Positions 41,433 through 56,288 of a DNA stretch of 64,000 nucleotides are shown here, one piece after another. The first letter of the stretch is position 1. Each line of letters begins with the position of its first letter. The stretch is taken from assembly GCF_009914755.1 (NCBI RefSeq), contig NC_060929.1. One strand, 5' to 3'. This DNA comes from the human T2T-CHM13v2.0 reference genome, Homo sapiens. The position numbers were made by a program, and so were the translations under genes. Under the pieces are notes generated by a model that was not told the DNA's origin, searched no databases, and saw only the letters and a list, made by a program, of their open reading frames with translations.

Positions 41433-43620
41433 CTATTTCCTGTCAGCAGGGAGGCAGCATAGCATAATTAAAGTAGCTTTAACTTTTAATCAGACTCATT
41501 TAAAGCCTGACTCTGCTGTTTCCCAGCCTTGTAACAGTGGGCAAATTGCTTAAACCATTTTGAGTTTCTGTTTTCTGGTAAAATGGAGATAATTGCAACT
41601 CTGCAGGAAGAACTAGAAAAAACTAAATCTAAAGAGTTAGGAGGAAAACCAAGAAAACCGATATCCTGGAAGCCAAGCAGTGTGTTTCTAGGCGGGGGCG
41701 ATCATCTATATCAAATGCTGATCATAAGCAAAAAGAGGTCAGAGAAGTGACCATTGGAAATAAGAATATAAGATCACTGGGTTTCTTCTTTTAAAAAAAA
41801 ATTAAAAACAAAATATTTTTAGAGACAGGGTTGTGCTTTGTTACTCAGAGTGGAGTGCAGTGGCATGATCATGGCTCACTGCAGCTTTGAACTCCTGGAC
41901 TCAAGTGTTCCTCCCTCCGCAGCATCTCAAAGCCGTTGGGGTTATAGGCGTGAGCCATTGTGCCTGGCTACTGGGTTTCTTCTTGATAGTTTTTGGTGAA
42001 AGGTTGAAAACACTTACGAACTTGAATGGGTTTAACTGGGAGGAGAAGGCAGAGAACATACACAATTCCTGAGGATTGTTTTTGCTATAGAGAGAATGAG
42101 AGAAGCAAAGTAGCTGGAGCGAGAAATGAACTTAAGACTTTTTAATAGAGGAAAGAATAGCACATATATGTGTGCTGAAGGTAAAGATCCAGGAGGGAGG
42201 CATAATGTGATGAGAGGAAGGAAGGGATTGCCAGAGTAATGTCCTTGAATAGGCAGAATGAGGGGGTGGATCGAATTGCACAAATGGCTTACGTGCTAAG
42301 GGCAGGGATAGATGGGCATAGGTGGGAGTTCGTAGAAAGGGCCCTTCTGGCATTCTGTTTCACTGCGAAAGTCAGGTCATCAGCTGAGAGGGAGGATGGA
42401 GGAGTAGGTGTTAGAGGTTTGAAGACAGAAGTCATCTAGGAGAAGGGGATAGACTAGGAATTTACAGTATTATTTCTGGGCAGTATACAGAGTCTGAGGA
42501 ATGATTGCTGACTGGCTCACTTTAAACTTACATGGTCATAGGCTTTTCTCCAGCTATGTTTAGCTGCATGGGTATACAGAGTAGGTAGACAATTGGTTAA
42601 ACCAGGATTATGATTTATCCAAAAGAATAAAAGCGAGACAAGAACAAGGGCTTTGAGGGAATATGCATGGGAGTGATGTTTTATTTCACCTAAATATTTT
42701 AGAATGTATCTATAATGGACAAGAATTTAAAAAAATCACATACAACCGTAAAACTTTTTTTTTTTTTTTTTGAGACAGGATTCACTGTCGCCCAGGCTGG
42801 AGTGCAGGGACACAGTCACATCTTACTGCAGCCTCAACCTCCTGGGTTCAAGCGATCCTCCCACCTCAGCCTCCTGAGTTGCTGGGACTATGGGTGTATA
42901 CCACCATGCTTGGCTAATTTTTAATTTTTTTGGTAAGAGATGGGGCCCAGGGTGGTGCTGGTCTCAAACTCCTGGGCCCAAGCCTCACAAAAGTGCTGGG
43001 ATTACAGGCATGAGCCACTGTGCCTGAATCACAATACTTGTTTAATATTAACTGATATTTAGTCTATCTTCAGGTTTCTCTCATTTTCAAAATCAGAAAA
43101 ACCAGATTTGTTTAAGTTGGAATTAAACAAGGTCTGTACATTGCATTTGATTGCTGTGCCTCTTAAGTCATTTATTCCATATGTTTCATTTTACTCCTCT
43201 TTTTCAGACCATTGATTTGTTCAAGATATTTGGTCTTTTGTCATCTAGAACTTCTGTATTCTGCGTCTGGATGTCTGTATTCTTGTATTATTTTTACTTT
43301 AAAAAAATTTTTAATTGTAAAATTCACAACATGATAGTTACTACATAAGCAAGTGTAACGTTCTGTAGTATTAAATACGTTCACATGGTTGTGTCCTGTG
43401 GTGTTATTTTAAACACGTTCCTCTAGATCCCTTACTTTGTGTAAACTAGTATCAGATCTAGAGAGGCTGGATTTGATTCAGGTTCAGTTTTTAACTTTGT
43501 TGGTGAGGGGTCAAGGACATAGGTGGTTTATGTGTACTTCTCATGGTGTCTTATTGGGAAGCACGTAATGTCTGGTTGTCCTAACGATGAGACTGATCAT
43601 TGGGTTTAGGTCTTGTAGCC

Positions 43621-43949
43621 CAAGGGTTCTCAACCCTGGTACTCGTCCATGGCCTGTTAGGAACTGGGTCGCACAGCAGGAGGTGAGCGGCACGTGAGCA
43701 AGCATTACTGCCCAAGGTCCACCCCGTCAGATCAGCAGCAGCAATAGATTCTCATAGGAGCACAAACCCTCTTGTGAACTGCGCATGCGAGGGACCTAGG
43801 CTGTGCGTTCCTTATGATGCGATCTAACTAATGCTTGGTGATCTGAGATGGTACGGTTTCATCCCGAAACCACCCCACCCTCCCCAAATCTGTGGAAAAT
43901 TGTCTTCCACGAAACTGGTCCGTGGTGCCAAAAAGGTTGGGAACCACTG
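43621..43949 (+). mobile_element. MER1 (MER1B-like) hAT-Charlie MITE
   Basis: TIR-like ends caagggttctcaacc / ggttgggaaccactg; perfect 8-bp TSD ttgtagcc at 43613-43620 and 43950-43957. Confidence 0.88.
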
Positions 43950-44158
43950 TTGTAGCCTGACTATCCATTTAAAAATTTTCCACTGATTTTTTTTCACACT
44001 TAATGGTTTTATTAACCATTGATCATTGCCTAGATCCATTATTTTCTTAGAGATTGTAAACTGATTATTTTCTAATTATGTAACTCTTTTTGGATTTATT
44101 AGCTAGAATTCTGTTAAAAACAGTCACTCACCTAGTTTCTGCCAGAAATGCAGGATAA

Positions 44159-45083
<925 letters not shown>

Positions 45084-45147
45084 AGGTGTTGTGGCTTTTG
45101 TTTATTTGATTTTTTAGAATACTGATTGGTTTCTTTTCTTAACAGGC

Positions 45148-45259
45148 ATGCCCAAAGAAAAATACGAGCCCCCTGACCCTCGGAGGATGTATACAATTAT
45201 GTCTTCTGAGGAAGCAGCAAATGGAAAGAAATCCCACTGGGCAGAGCTTGAAATAAGTG
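45148..45259 (+). CDS. CNOT6: CNOT6 (CCR4a) first coding exon, codons 1-37 plus 1 nt; exon spans 45146-45259 and the CDS continues beyond the window
   Basis: Translation [37 protein letters not shown](G) matches the CNOT6 N-terminus as I recall it; the paralogue CNOT6L reads KYDPPDPRRIYTIMSAEEV. Acceptor ttcttttcttaacAG (AG 45144-45145), branch-like CTGAT at 45122-45126, donor G|GTAAGA at 45260. Confidence 0.96.
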
Positions 45260-46433
45260 GTAAGACATGGAAGCATGAATTTATGGTATGGAAATTAAGA
45301 TATGGTAGTAAACTGAGTTTTCTAATGCCAATACAGGAAAGAAACATTGATTTTATATTTTACAAATGTAATGTATTTATAAATGATTGTATTTTAGTAA
45401 CTTATCTTAGAAGCAGGAAGGTTCAATGAAAAGAATATGATTTGAGTCAAAGTTCAAAAGCCATTCATTGAATATTTTCTCAGTATCAGTGTCCTCTTAC
45501 AAAATACATAAATGTAAAATAATAACAAGGATGAAATGAAAATAACACATGTGAAGTGCTAGTGCCCAGTCACGTATTTGTTCTGGTATTTGATTCTCTG
45601 ATAAAGTAGGATTGAGCTTTTGCATTGTCAATGATAGATTTCTGGTGGGGTAGGAATGGCTGATCTGTATAGGTTTTGGGTAGGTTTGTTTCTCCTTATT
45701 TTCTTCATTGGCTTCTGAGTCTGAGTCACTGAGGACAGCCTTATTCAGAAACACAAAATCTTAAGAGTTTGAAGAAGATCTCAAATTTCCCTTCCCCTTT
45801 TAATGCAATCTGGACATATTCAAAGAAATATATGAGCCCTCAGATGTGAAGGATATCCTTTCCCCAGCATCTCTGCCAGTGGGCACACAGTCTCTTTTTA
45901 AATATTTTGAAGATGGTGAAGGGACATTACTTCTCAGGGCAACCAGTGCTAATGAAGTTTTGTGTTACTGTTGGCCTATTATGCTTCCCCTTACTTTCCT
46001 TTCAGTTTGTTCTGATTTTTGCCTTCTAAAATAGTACAGAACAAATTTTGTCGTCTTTCACCTGACCGCCCTTGATTTTTAAAAATTTAATGCAGCAGAC
46101 ATACTGAGCATATGCTGTGTGTAAAACATTTTACCTGGCGCTGGCCCACGTGCGTGGAAGATCTATAAAGTCCCGCTTTTTATGGAGCTTATGACATTAG
46201 GGAGTGAGAGGGAGTGCACAAGTATAAATAACTAATAGACAAAACATAACAAATCTAGGTATAAAAGTGCTATATAACAGGAAGCAAAAAGGAAATAAGG
46301 ATAATAGCATTCCTCCTTTGTCAGCTCAAAATTTCTGGTTAACCTGTTGAGTAAACTTAAATGCCTGCCTTTGCAGCCATAGTAGAGGTCAGTACACACA
46401 CGGGTCTCTCCTGTTTTCCCTCTTCTGATTTCT

Positions 46434-47872
46434 TTTTTTTTTTTTTTTTTAGTTTTTATTGATCATTCTTGGGTGTTTCTCGGAGAGGGGGATTTGGCAG
46501 GGCCATAGGACAATAGTGGAGGGAAGGTCAGCAGATAAACATGTGAACAAGGGTCTCTGGTTTTCCTAGGCAGAGGACCCTGCGGCTTTCCGCAGTGTTT
46601 GTGTCCCTGGGTAGTTGAGATTAGGGAGTGGTGATGACTCTTAAGGAGCATGCTGCCTTCAAGCATCTGTTTAACAAAGCACATCTTGCACCGCCCTTAA
46701 TCCATTTAACCCTGAGTGGACACAGCACATGTTTCAGAGAGCACGGGGTTGGGGGTAAGGTTATAGATTAACAGCATCCCAAGGCAGAAGAATTTTTCTT
46801 AGTACAGAACAAAATGGAGTCTCCCATGTCTACTTCTTTCTACACAGACACAGTAACAATCTGATCTCTCTTTCTTTTCCCCACATTTCCCCCTTTTCTA
46901 TTCGACAAAACCGCCGTTGTCATCATGGCCCGTTCTCAATGAGCTGTTGGGTACACCTCCCAGATGGGGTGGCGGCCGGGCAGAGGGGCTCCTCACTTCC
47001 CAGACCGGGCGGCTGGGCGGAGGCGCCCCCCACCTCCCTCCCAGCTGGGGCGGCTGGCCGGGGCGGCTGCCAGGCAGAGGGGCTCCTCACTTCCCAGACG
47101 GGGCGGCTGCCAGGCAGAGGGGCTCCTCACTTCTCAGACGGGGTGGCCGGTCAGAGACGCTTCTCACCTCCCAGACGGGGTAGCGGTCAGGCAGAGACAC
47201 TCCTCAGTTCCCAGACGGGGTCACGGCCGGGCAGAGGCGCTCCTCACATCCCACACGGGGCGGCGGGGCAGAGGCGCTCCCCGCATCTCAGACGATGGGC
47301 GGCCGGGCAGAGACGCTCCTCATTTCCTAGACGGGATGGCGGCTGGGAAGAGACGCTCCTCACTTCCCAGACTGGGCGGCCGGGCTGAGGGGCTCCTCAC
47401 ATCCCAGACGATGGGCGGCCAGGCAGAGACGCTCCTCACTTCCCAGACGGGGTGGCGGCCAGGCAGAGGCTGCAATCTCAGCACTTTGGGAGGCCAAGGC
47501 AGGCGGCTGGGAGGTGGAGGTTGTAGCGAGCCGAGATCACGCCACTGCACTCCAGCCTGGGCAAGATTGAGCACTGAGTGAGCAAAACTCCGTCTGTAAT
47601 CCCGGCACCTCGGGAGGCCGAGGCAGGCAGATCACTCGGGGTCAGGAGCTGGAGACCAGCCCGGCCAACATGGCGAAACCCCGTCTCCACCAAAAAATGC
47701 AAGAACCAGTCAGGCGTGGCGGCGCGTGCCTGCAATCCCAGGCACTCTGCAGGCTGAGGCAGGAGAATCAGGCAGGGAGGTTGCAGTGAGCCGAGATGGC
47801 GGCAGTACAGTCCAGCCTCGGCTTTCACAACTTTGGTGGCATGAGAGGGAGACCGGGGAGAGAGAGAGGGAC
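46434..47872 (-). mobile_element. SVA retrotransposon, near full length with eroded hexamer head (possibly SVA_B-like), antisense in CNOT6 intron 2
   Basis: Plus-strand order is poly-T, SINE-R, GC-rich VNTR (~46960-47470), Alu-like domain, short (GA) head. Perfect 16-bp TSD ccctcttctgatttct at 46418-46433 and 47873-47888. Confidence 0.95.
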
Positions 47873-48356
47873 CCCTCTTCTGATTTCTAGAATGCTGGAC
47901 TTTATTAAACCAAGTTCAGCTCAGTAAGTAGGTGTGGTCATGGAGAGTGAAATTTCTCTTCTTCTCACCTGTCAGATTTGGCTTTCTGTGCCAGGGGAGC
48001 CCAAAGAGAAATATGCACTAATTTTGTAGTTATTCTCAAAGCACAGTCAGTCACCACTCCTATTTTTCCCTTTTAATTTTTTCAGGATTGGCATTTGACT
48101 ATATTTACCTCTCCTTTTTTCAGCCCTTATTAGCAGTTTTTGCATTACAATTCCTTTGCTTGTAAGGAAGTGTCCCCTATCTTACAGCATTAGGATACGC
48201 AAGAAAGCACTCAGGTCATTGAGATACATCTCTGAGGCTGAGGAGATTCTCCTCCACCCTCTCCTCCTTCCACCACATGCTGTGAACTCCTTGGTGACTT
48301 TGAGTCACTGTTCTCTGCTTACCCTGAACTTTGGGAAGAAGTTCTGTATACACATA

Positions 48357-49181
48357 TAGGGAAAAACCCTCAACCCATGTTTTTTCTTTGCTCTCACACC
48401 ACCACAGTCATCAACACAAAAGAAGACTTCTGTGACCAAAGGTGTGGGTTTCTTTTCCCCACACAGCAAGCAGCAGACACCAGTTAGGTGCCCTCCAATT
48501 CAATTCCAACACTGTCTTCCTGGAGGTAGCATCAGATCCCACGGTTTGTGGACTCAGTCCCCAAGACTGCCCTCTCCCACTTCTATCACCAGTCCCATGT
48601 TTGGGCCTCTAGAGCTTTGACCAGCTTCAGGTTGGGGTTCCCACGACCCCCTCTTTGGGTTCAGTTAATTTGCTGGAGTGGTTCACAGAACTCAGAGAAA
48701 CATCTACTTACGTTTACCAGTTTATTATAAAGGATATTACAAAGGATACAGATGAAAAGATGCACAGGGCAAGGTGTAGGGGAAAAAGTGCAGTGTCCAT
48801 GCCCTCCCTGGGCACACCACCCTTCAGGAGGAACCTCGTGCATTCAGCTATCTGGAAGCTCTCTGAACCCTGTTCTTTCGGGTTTTTATGGAGGCTTCAT
48901 TACATAGGCATGGTTGACAGCTGTAGAAATGTGATTATTAGACAAGCAAGGCATGTCTGCTCAGACTTTTCTTGGGCTGTGTAGCATTCCTTCTTCTAAG
49001 GTATGGGGCAGGACCCTCTCTGGAATGACGGTCTTCTGACCCACAGTGAGATTAGAGTCCTGCCTTGGGCAGGGGAAAGGAGGATAGGAGAAGGTCATAG
49101 ATCCTGTTTCCTGAGGCCTTAAGCACTCTAACATTATAACAAAGACTATGGGAGTTAGGAACCAGGAACCATGGATGAAAA

Positions 49182-49237
<56 letters not shown>

Positions 49238-49240
49238 CGT
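48357..49240 (-). mobile_element. MER21-type LTR
   Basis: gacttctgtgaccaaaggtgtggg...ccctccaattcaattc...gatcccac...gactcagtccc; reverse-complement similarity to the 38660-39110 element. Confidence 0.7.
49184..49234. repeat. (TA)~25 microsatellite
   Basis: Direct. Confidence 0.97.
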
Positions 49241-49672
49241 AATACAACATAGGAAGGAAGAGGGGAGACGCCTCTAAAGTAACCTTTCTTAATTTATTGT
49301 TATTATTATTATTTAGAGATGAGGTCTTGCTCTGTTGCCCAGGCTGGAATGCAGTGGCATGATTATACATAGCTTACTGTATCCTTGAATTCCTGGGCTC
49401 ATGTGATCCTCCCACCTCACCCTCCTGAGTAACTGGGACTACAGACTCATGCCACCATGCCCAGCTAACATTTTAAAAATTTTCCTTAGAGATAGGGGTC
49501 TCCCTTTGTTGCCCAGGCTGGTCTTGAGCTCCTGGCCTCAAGCAGTCCTCCCGCGTTAGCCTCCCAAAGTGCTGGTATTACAGACATAAGCCAACTTACT
49601 TAGCCCAGATTGGCTTCTTTAACTTATTTATTTCATTTTTATAGATTTAGGAGGTATAAGTACAGTTTTCTT

Positions 49673-51091
49673 TTTTATATTTTAACAATCTGTTTATTAT
49701 TTATTTATCCCTCCATAGAACCACCACTCACACCAAGGAGATTATTTGGAGTGGGTCACCACCTGGGGCCTGGACTCTGAAATCTAAGGCTTCCTCCTCC
49801 CTCACTTTATGGCTTAGGTGGTGGCATGGTTCAGGCAAAACTCGTGTCTCCTTTTGGATACTGCAGAAGCAGGACCTAAGCATACCCATAAAGGTGGCCA
49901 CACCCATCAGGGTTGATTGGCAGGCTGGAAGACAATATTCTCCCAATGAAGGCACTTTTACCTCTATAGGGGGGTGGGAATTGGTTGGTTGGAAGTGGTG
50001 GTGTTGGGACAGGGAAGAGTTATTTCCATGGAAAACTTATTTGCAGGTTACAGAGAGAAATGAGGGGAGTTTGCCTACACTGGGCCATCTGTGGGGCCAG
50101 TGGGGGCTGCTGTATATCTTGTATATCTTTGCTACCGAAAGGGGAAGGTTGACGTAGGCATTAAAGCCAAAGAGGCCCTTAGCAATTAGGCCCAGTACCC
50201 CTGCGATGATTTTGGAGTGGTTTTCTTTCTCAACATTGTCGATAATGGAGGTGATTAGGTAGAGGATCACTGCTAAGAGGGTTTGGAAGAAATGACTCCA
50301 GGGCCAATTGATGAATGGTATTTTGGTGTGCAGATCACACACGTAGCTGACAAAGTAGCAGCAAGTATCATTTCAGCCACCAACAGGGAGGAATAGTCTG
50401 GTGTGGAGGCACTTGAAGTAGATCAGGATCACCAGGCACAATGTAATCTTAGCAAACCTGGAGGATTCCCTTTTGGGTGCGCAAGAAGTTGGCCTCAGCA
50501 GCGGGGGTCCGAGAGGCCCTCGGAATCCACCATGGCATGGGCCGGAGTCGCTGGGGTCCGAGAGGCCCTCGGAATCCACCATGGCATGGGCCGGAGTCCC
50601 TGGGGTCCGAGAGGCCCTCGGAATCCACCATGGCATGGGCCGGAGTCCCTGGGGTCCGAGAGGCCCTCGGAATCCACCATGGCATGGGCCGGAGTCCCTG
50701 GGGTCCGAGAGGCCCTCGGAATCCACCATGGCATGGGCCGGAGTCCCTGGGGTCCGAGAGGCCCTCGGAATCTACCATGGCATGGGCCGGAGTCGCTGGG
50801 GTCCGAGAGGCCCTCGGAATCCACCATGGCATGGGCCGGAGTCCCTGGGGTCCGAGAGGCCCTCGGAATCCACCATGGCATGGGCCGGAGTCCCTGGGGT
50901 CCGAGAGGCCCTCGGAATCCACCATGGCATGGGCCGGAGTCCCTGGGGTCCGAGAGGCCCTTGGAATCCACCATGGCATGGGCCGGAGTCCCTGGCGACG
51001 CAGAAGATGTGCTCACTGATTCGTGGGGTGGAGGACACTGCACACCCAGCCATCTGGCTAGGAAGGGGGCGTCTGGGGCAGAGGGAGTCAC
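49673..51091 (-). pseudogene. Processed pseudogene of PLP2 (proteolipid protein 2, MARVEL domain)
   Basis: Minus-strand peptides MVDSEGLSDP / NFLRTQKGIL / FAKITLCLVILIYF / MCDLHTKIPFINWPWSHFFQTLLAVILYLITS..NHSKIIAGVLGLIA match PLP2 as I recall it (MADSERLSAP..NFSRTRKGILLFAEIILCLVILICF..MCDLHTKIPFINWPWSDFFRTL..), but in different frames, so it is frameshifted. Intronless; CDS remnant 50533->50075; AATAAA (plus-strand tttatt 49693-49698); poly-A remnant; TSD aagtac(a/g)gttttctt at 49658-49672 and 51092-51106. Confidence 0.93.
50504..50993. repeat. VNTR, 10 x 49 bp, derived from the start-codon region of the PLP2 retrocopy
   Basis: Unit ggggtccgagaggccctcggaatccaccatggcatgggccggagtccct; exact 49-nt period from 50504 to the last unit start at 50945. 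Confidence 0.97.
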
Positions 51092-51877
51092 AAGTACGGT
51101 TTTCTTACCGGATATATTGTGTAGTGGCAAAGTCTGGCCTTTTAGTGTACTCATTGCCCTAATAGTGAACATTGTACCCAAAAGGTAACTTTTTCACCTT
51201 TTTCGCCCTCCCGTGTTTTGGAATCTTCAGTGTCTGTTTTTCCATTCTGTATGTGCATGTGTACCCATTGTTTAGCTCCCACTTGTAAGTGAGAACATCG
51301 GTATTTGACTGTTTCTGAGTTGTTTTGCTTAGGATAACGGCCTCCAGTTCTGTCCAGGTTGCTGCACAAGATATGCTTTCATTCTTTTTTATAACTCAGT
51401 AGTATTTCTTGGTGTATATATACACTGCATTTTCTTTATCCAGTCATCCATTGTTGGACACTTAGGTTGAGGCCGTATCTTTGCTATTGTGAATAGTGCT
51501 ACAATACACGAGTGCAGGTTATCTTTTTGACATGATGATTTCTTTCCCTTTGGGGATACCCAGTAGTGGGACTGCTGGATAGAATGGTAGTTGTATTTGT
51601 AGTTCTGTGAGAAATCTCCATACTGATTTCCATACAAGTTGTACTAATTTACATTCCCACCAACAGTGTTCAAGCGTTCCTTTTTCTTCACATCCTTGCC
51701 AGCATCTGTTGTTTTTGACTTTTTAATAGTAGCCTTTCTGAGTGGTGTAAGATGGTATTTCATTGTGGTTTTAATTTGCATTTCTCTGATGATTATTGAT
51801 GTTGAGCATTTTTTTCGTATTTGTTGGCAATTTGTCTTTTGAAAAATATTGTTTCATGTTCTTTGCCCACTTATTAG

Positions 51878-51912
<35 letters not shown>

Positions 51913-52360
51913 ACAGTCTCACTCTGTCGCCCAGGCTGGAGTGCAGTGGTGTCATCTCGGCTCACTGCAAGCTCTGCCTCCCACGTTCACACCATTCTCC
52001 TGCCTCAGCCTCCTGAGTAGCTGGTACTACAGGCACCCGCCACCACACCCGGCTAATTTTTTGTATTTTTTTTAGTAGAGATGGGGTTTCACCATGTTGG
52101 CCAGGATGGTCTCGATCTGCTGACCTTGTGATCCGCCTGCCTTGGCCTCCCAAAGTGCTGGGATTACAGGTGTGAGCCACCGTGCCTGGCCTAGGGTTGT
52201 TTTTTTCATGTTGAGTTGAGTTCCTTGTAGATTCTATATAGTAACCCTTTGTCAGATGTGTAGTTGCCAATATTTTCTCTCATTCTGTAGTGTTAATTAT
52301 CATTATTATTATTTTTGCTGTGCAGAAACTTCTTAATGTAATTAAGTCCCATTTATCTAT
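51092..52360 (-). mobile_element. L1 3' region (L1PB/L1MA-type), split at its 3' end by the PLP2 retrocopy (other piece ~49630-49672) and by an Alu
   Basis: atagatttaggaggtataagtacagttttctt | ...gatatattgtgtagtgg...tttagctcccacttgtaagtgagaacat...acattcccaccaacagtgt. Confidence 0.8.
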
Positions 52361-53818
52361 TTGTTTTGAGATAAGATATCATTGTTCTGTGGCCCAGGCT
52401 GGATGGAGTGGTATAATCTCAAACTCCTGAGCTCTAGTGATCCTCCTGCCTCAGCCTCCTGAGTAGCTGGGACTACAGGTGCACACAACCATGCCTGGCT
52501 TTTTTGTTTTGTTTTGTTTTGGAGACAGGATCTCACTTTGTCACCCAGGCTGTAGTGCAGTGATGCCATCTCGGCTCACTGCAGCCTCGACCTCGTGGGT
52601 TCAAGCAATCCTCCTTCCTCAGCCCCTCAAGTAGCTGGGACTACAGTGCATGCCACCATGCCCAGCTAAAGGCAAGTTTTTATATTTTAATTTTTTGTAG
52701 AGACAGGGGTCTTGTGTTTCCCAGCTTGGTCTCTAACTCCTGGCCTCAAGTGATCTTCCTGTCTTAATTTTACAAAACACTGGGATAACAGGCATGAGCC
52801 ACTGTGCCCAGCCAGCTTCTTTAACTTAGTAATAGATGTTTATGTTTTCTCTGTGTCTTGTCATGGCTTGATAGCTCATTCTTTTTTAGCACTGAGTAAT
52901 ATTCCATTGTCTGGATGTACCAGTTTATTTACCCAGTCACCTACTGAAGGACATCTTGGTTGCCTCCAAGTTTTGGCAATTTTTGGTAAAGCTACTATAA
53001 ACATCTGTGTGCAGTTCTTTGTGTAGACATTAAGTTTTCAGCTCCTTTGGGTAAATACCAACGAGGCATGATTGCTGAATTATATGGGAATAGTGTGTTT
53101 AGTTTTGCCAAAAAGTACCAAACTGTATTCTAAAGTGGCTGTATCATTTTGCCCTCCTACCAGCACATCCTTTTCCGGATTTGGTGGTGTTAGTGTTTTG
53201 GATTTTTTTGCCATCCTGATAGGTGTGTAGCAGTATCTCGTTGTTTTAATTTGCGGTTCTCTAATGGCATATATATTGGCCATCTTTTCATATGCTTTTT
53301 TGCCATGGGTATATCTGCTTTGGTTAGGTGTGTGTTCAAATCTTTTGCCCGTTTTTAAATTGGGTTGTTTTCCTATTGTTCAGTTTTAAGAGTTTTTTTT
53401 TTAAACTTTTAAAAAATGCGGATATGTCTTTTGCAAAAATATCTCCCGGTCTGTGGGTTGTCTTACTCTTTTGACCGTGTCTTTCACAGGGCAGAAGTGC
53501 TGAATTTAAATGGGACTTTGGGATTCTGTTTAGTCTATATATCAAATTAGGAAGAACATCTTGACAGTATTGTGTCTTCATATCTGTGAACATAGAATAT
53601 CTCCATTTATTTAGTTCTTTGATTTCTTCAGAATTTTGTGGTTTTCCTCATATATAATTTGTAAATATTTAGTTAGATTTATTCCTCTTTCTCTCTCTTT
53701 TTTTTTTTTTTTGGTGTAAATGGTGTATTTTTAATTCTGAATTCCATTTGTTCATTGCCAGTGTATAAGAAAGTGACTAACTTCAGATCTTTTAAGTATT
53801 CGCTTATTTGTGATTTAA

Positions 53819-55200
<1,382 letters not shown>

Positions 55201-55408
55201 AAACAAAAAAAAACTGCATTTCCTCCTCCTTAAATTTTTTTTTTTGTAGTTATTCATTATTAGGCTCCTTGTAGTTTAGTTTTCCTTTACTGAGCTTTTC
55301 TAAATTTTTTGTTCTTTTCTTGCTTCTATCATTTTTTAAATATCTTTCACCTCATTTTGAAATACTAGGTAATAGTTTTTTGGGCATGTTTGGAGTATGC
55401 TTTTATAG

Positions 55409-55678
<270 letters not shown>

Positions 55679-56288
55679 TAGCCAGGATGGTCTCCATCTC
55701 CTGACCTCGTGATCCGCCCGCCTCGGCCTCCCAAAGTGCTGGGATTACAGGCGTGAGCCACCGCGCCCAGCCTGTTCATTTTCATTTGAATTCAGTTTTT
55801 CTAAACTTAGAAGATGTGACTCAGGGTAGTTGTACTAATGTCTGTGCTCCCTTTTCTGTAGTTTTCAGAGTGTTCACAACTGTGGGAACTTGCTTTCTGA
55901 GACTTTCTGGTTCTGTTCCTCTCTCTCATTTTTATCTTTTTCCTTCATCTTTTTTATTCCTATCCTACTAATTTTAATTCCATTTTTGGAGTTTTTTCTC
56001 AGTGTGGGGCCTTGACTGGTCAGTTCCGAGGGTCCCTGGGGCAGAGACTGTTGGACGCTTCCATTTTAGACTTACTGTGGACACCCTGTACTCACTTGTC
56101 ACTCATTGGGACTATATCCCCCTTGGTTGTAGTGATGTTCTGAAACTGGTGCTTTCCAGTGTATACCAGTGGGTTTCCCTTTTTTTAGTTCCATTAAACA
56201 CATTTACATTTAATGCAGTTATTGATATGATTAGGGTCAAATAAGTAATATTATACCATTTCACTCATAAAAGTCTTACAACAATATA

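Noticed and set aside
45116-45130. AGA ATA CTG ATT GGT (RILIG) resembling the CNOT6L MRLIG N-terminus
   Set aside because: Too short, out of frame with the CNOT6 ATG and overlapping the branch-point region; cannot be distinguished from chance.
45260-45429. Continuation of the 93-aa ORF (KTWKHEFMVW...)
   Set aside because: Read-through into intron 2 past the GTAAGA donor; CNOT6 similarity ends at ELEISG.
46463-47828. ORFs such as MCFVKQMLEGS... and MGWRPGRGAPHF...
   Set aside because: Generic translations of the SVA SINE-R, VNTR and Alu-like domains.
50037-50342. 101-aa membrane-protein-like ORF as a functional gene or ERV env
   Set aside because: Internal fragment of the frameshifted PLP2 retrocopy; it diverges from PLP2 after AYV and lacks the N-terminus in frame.
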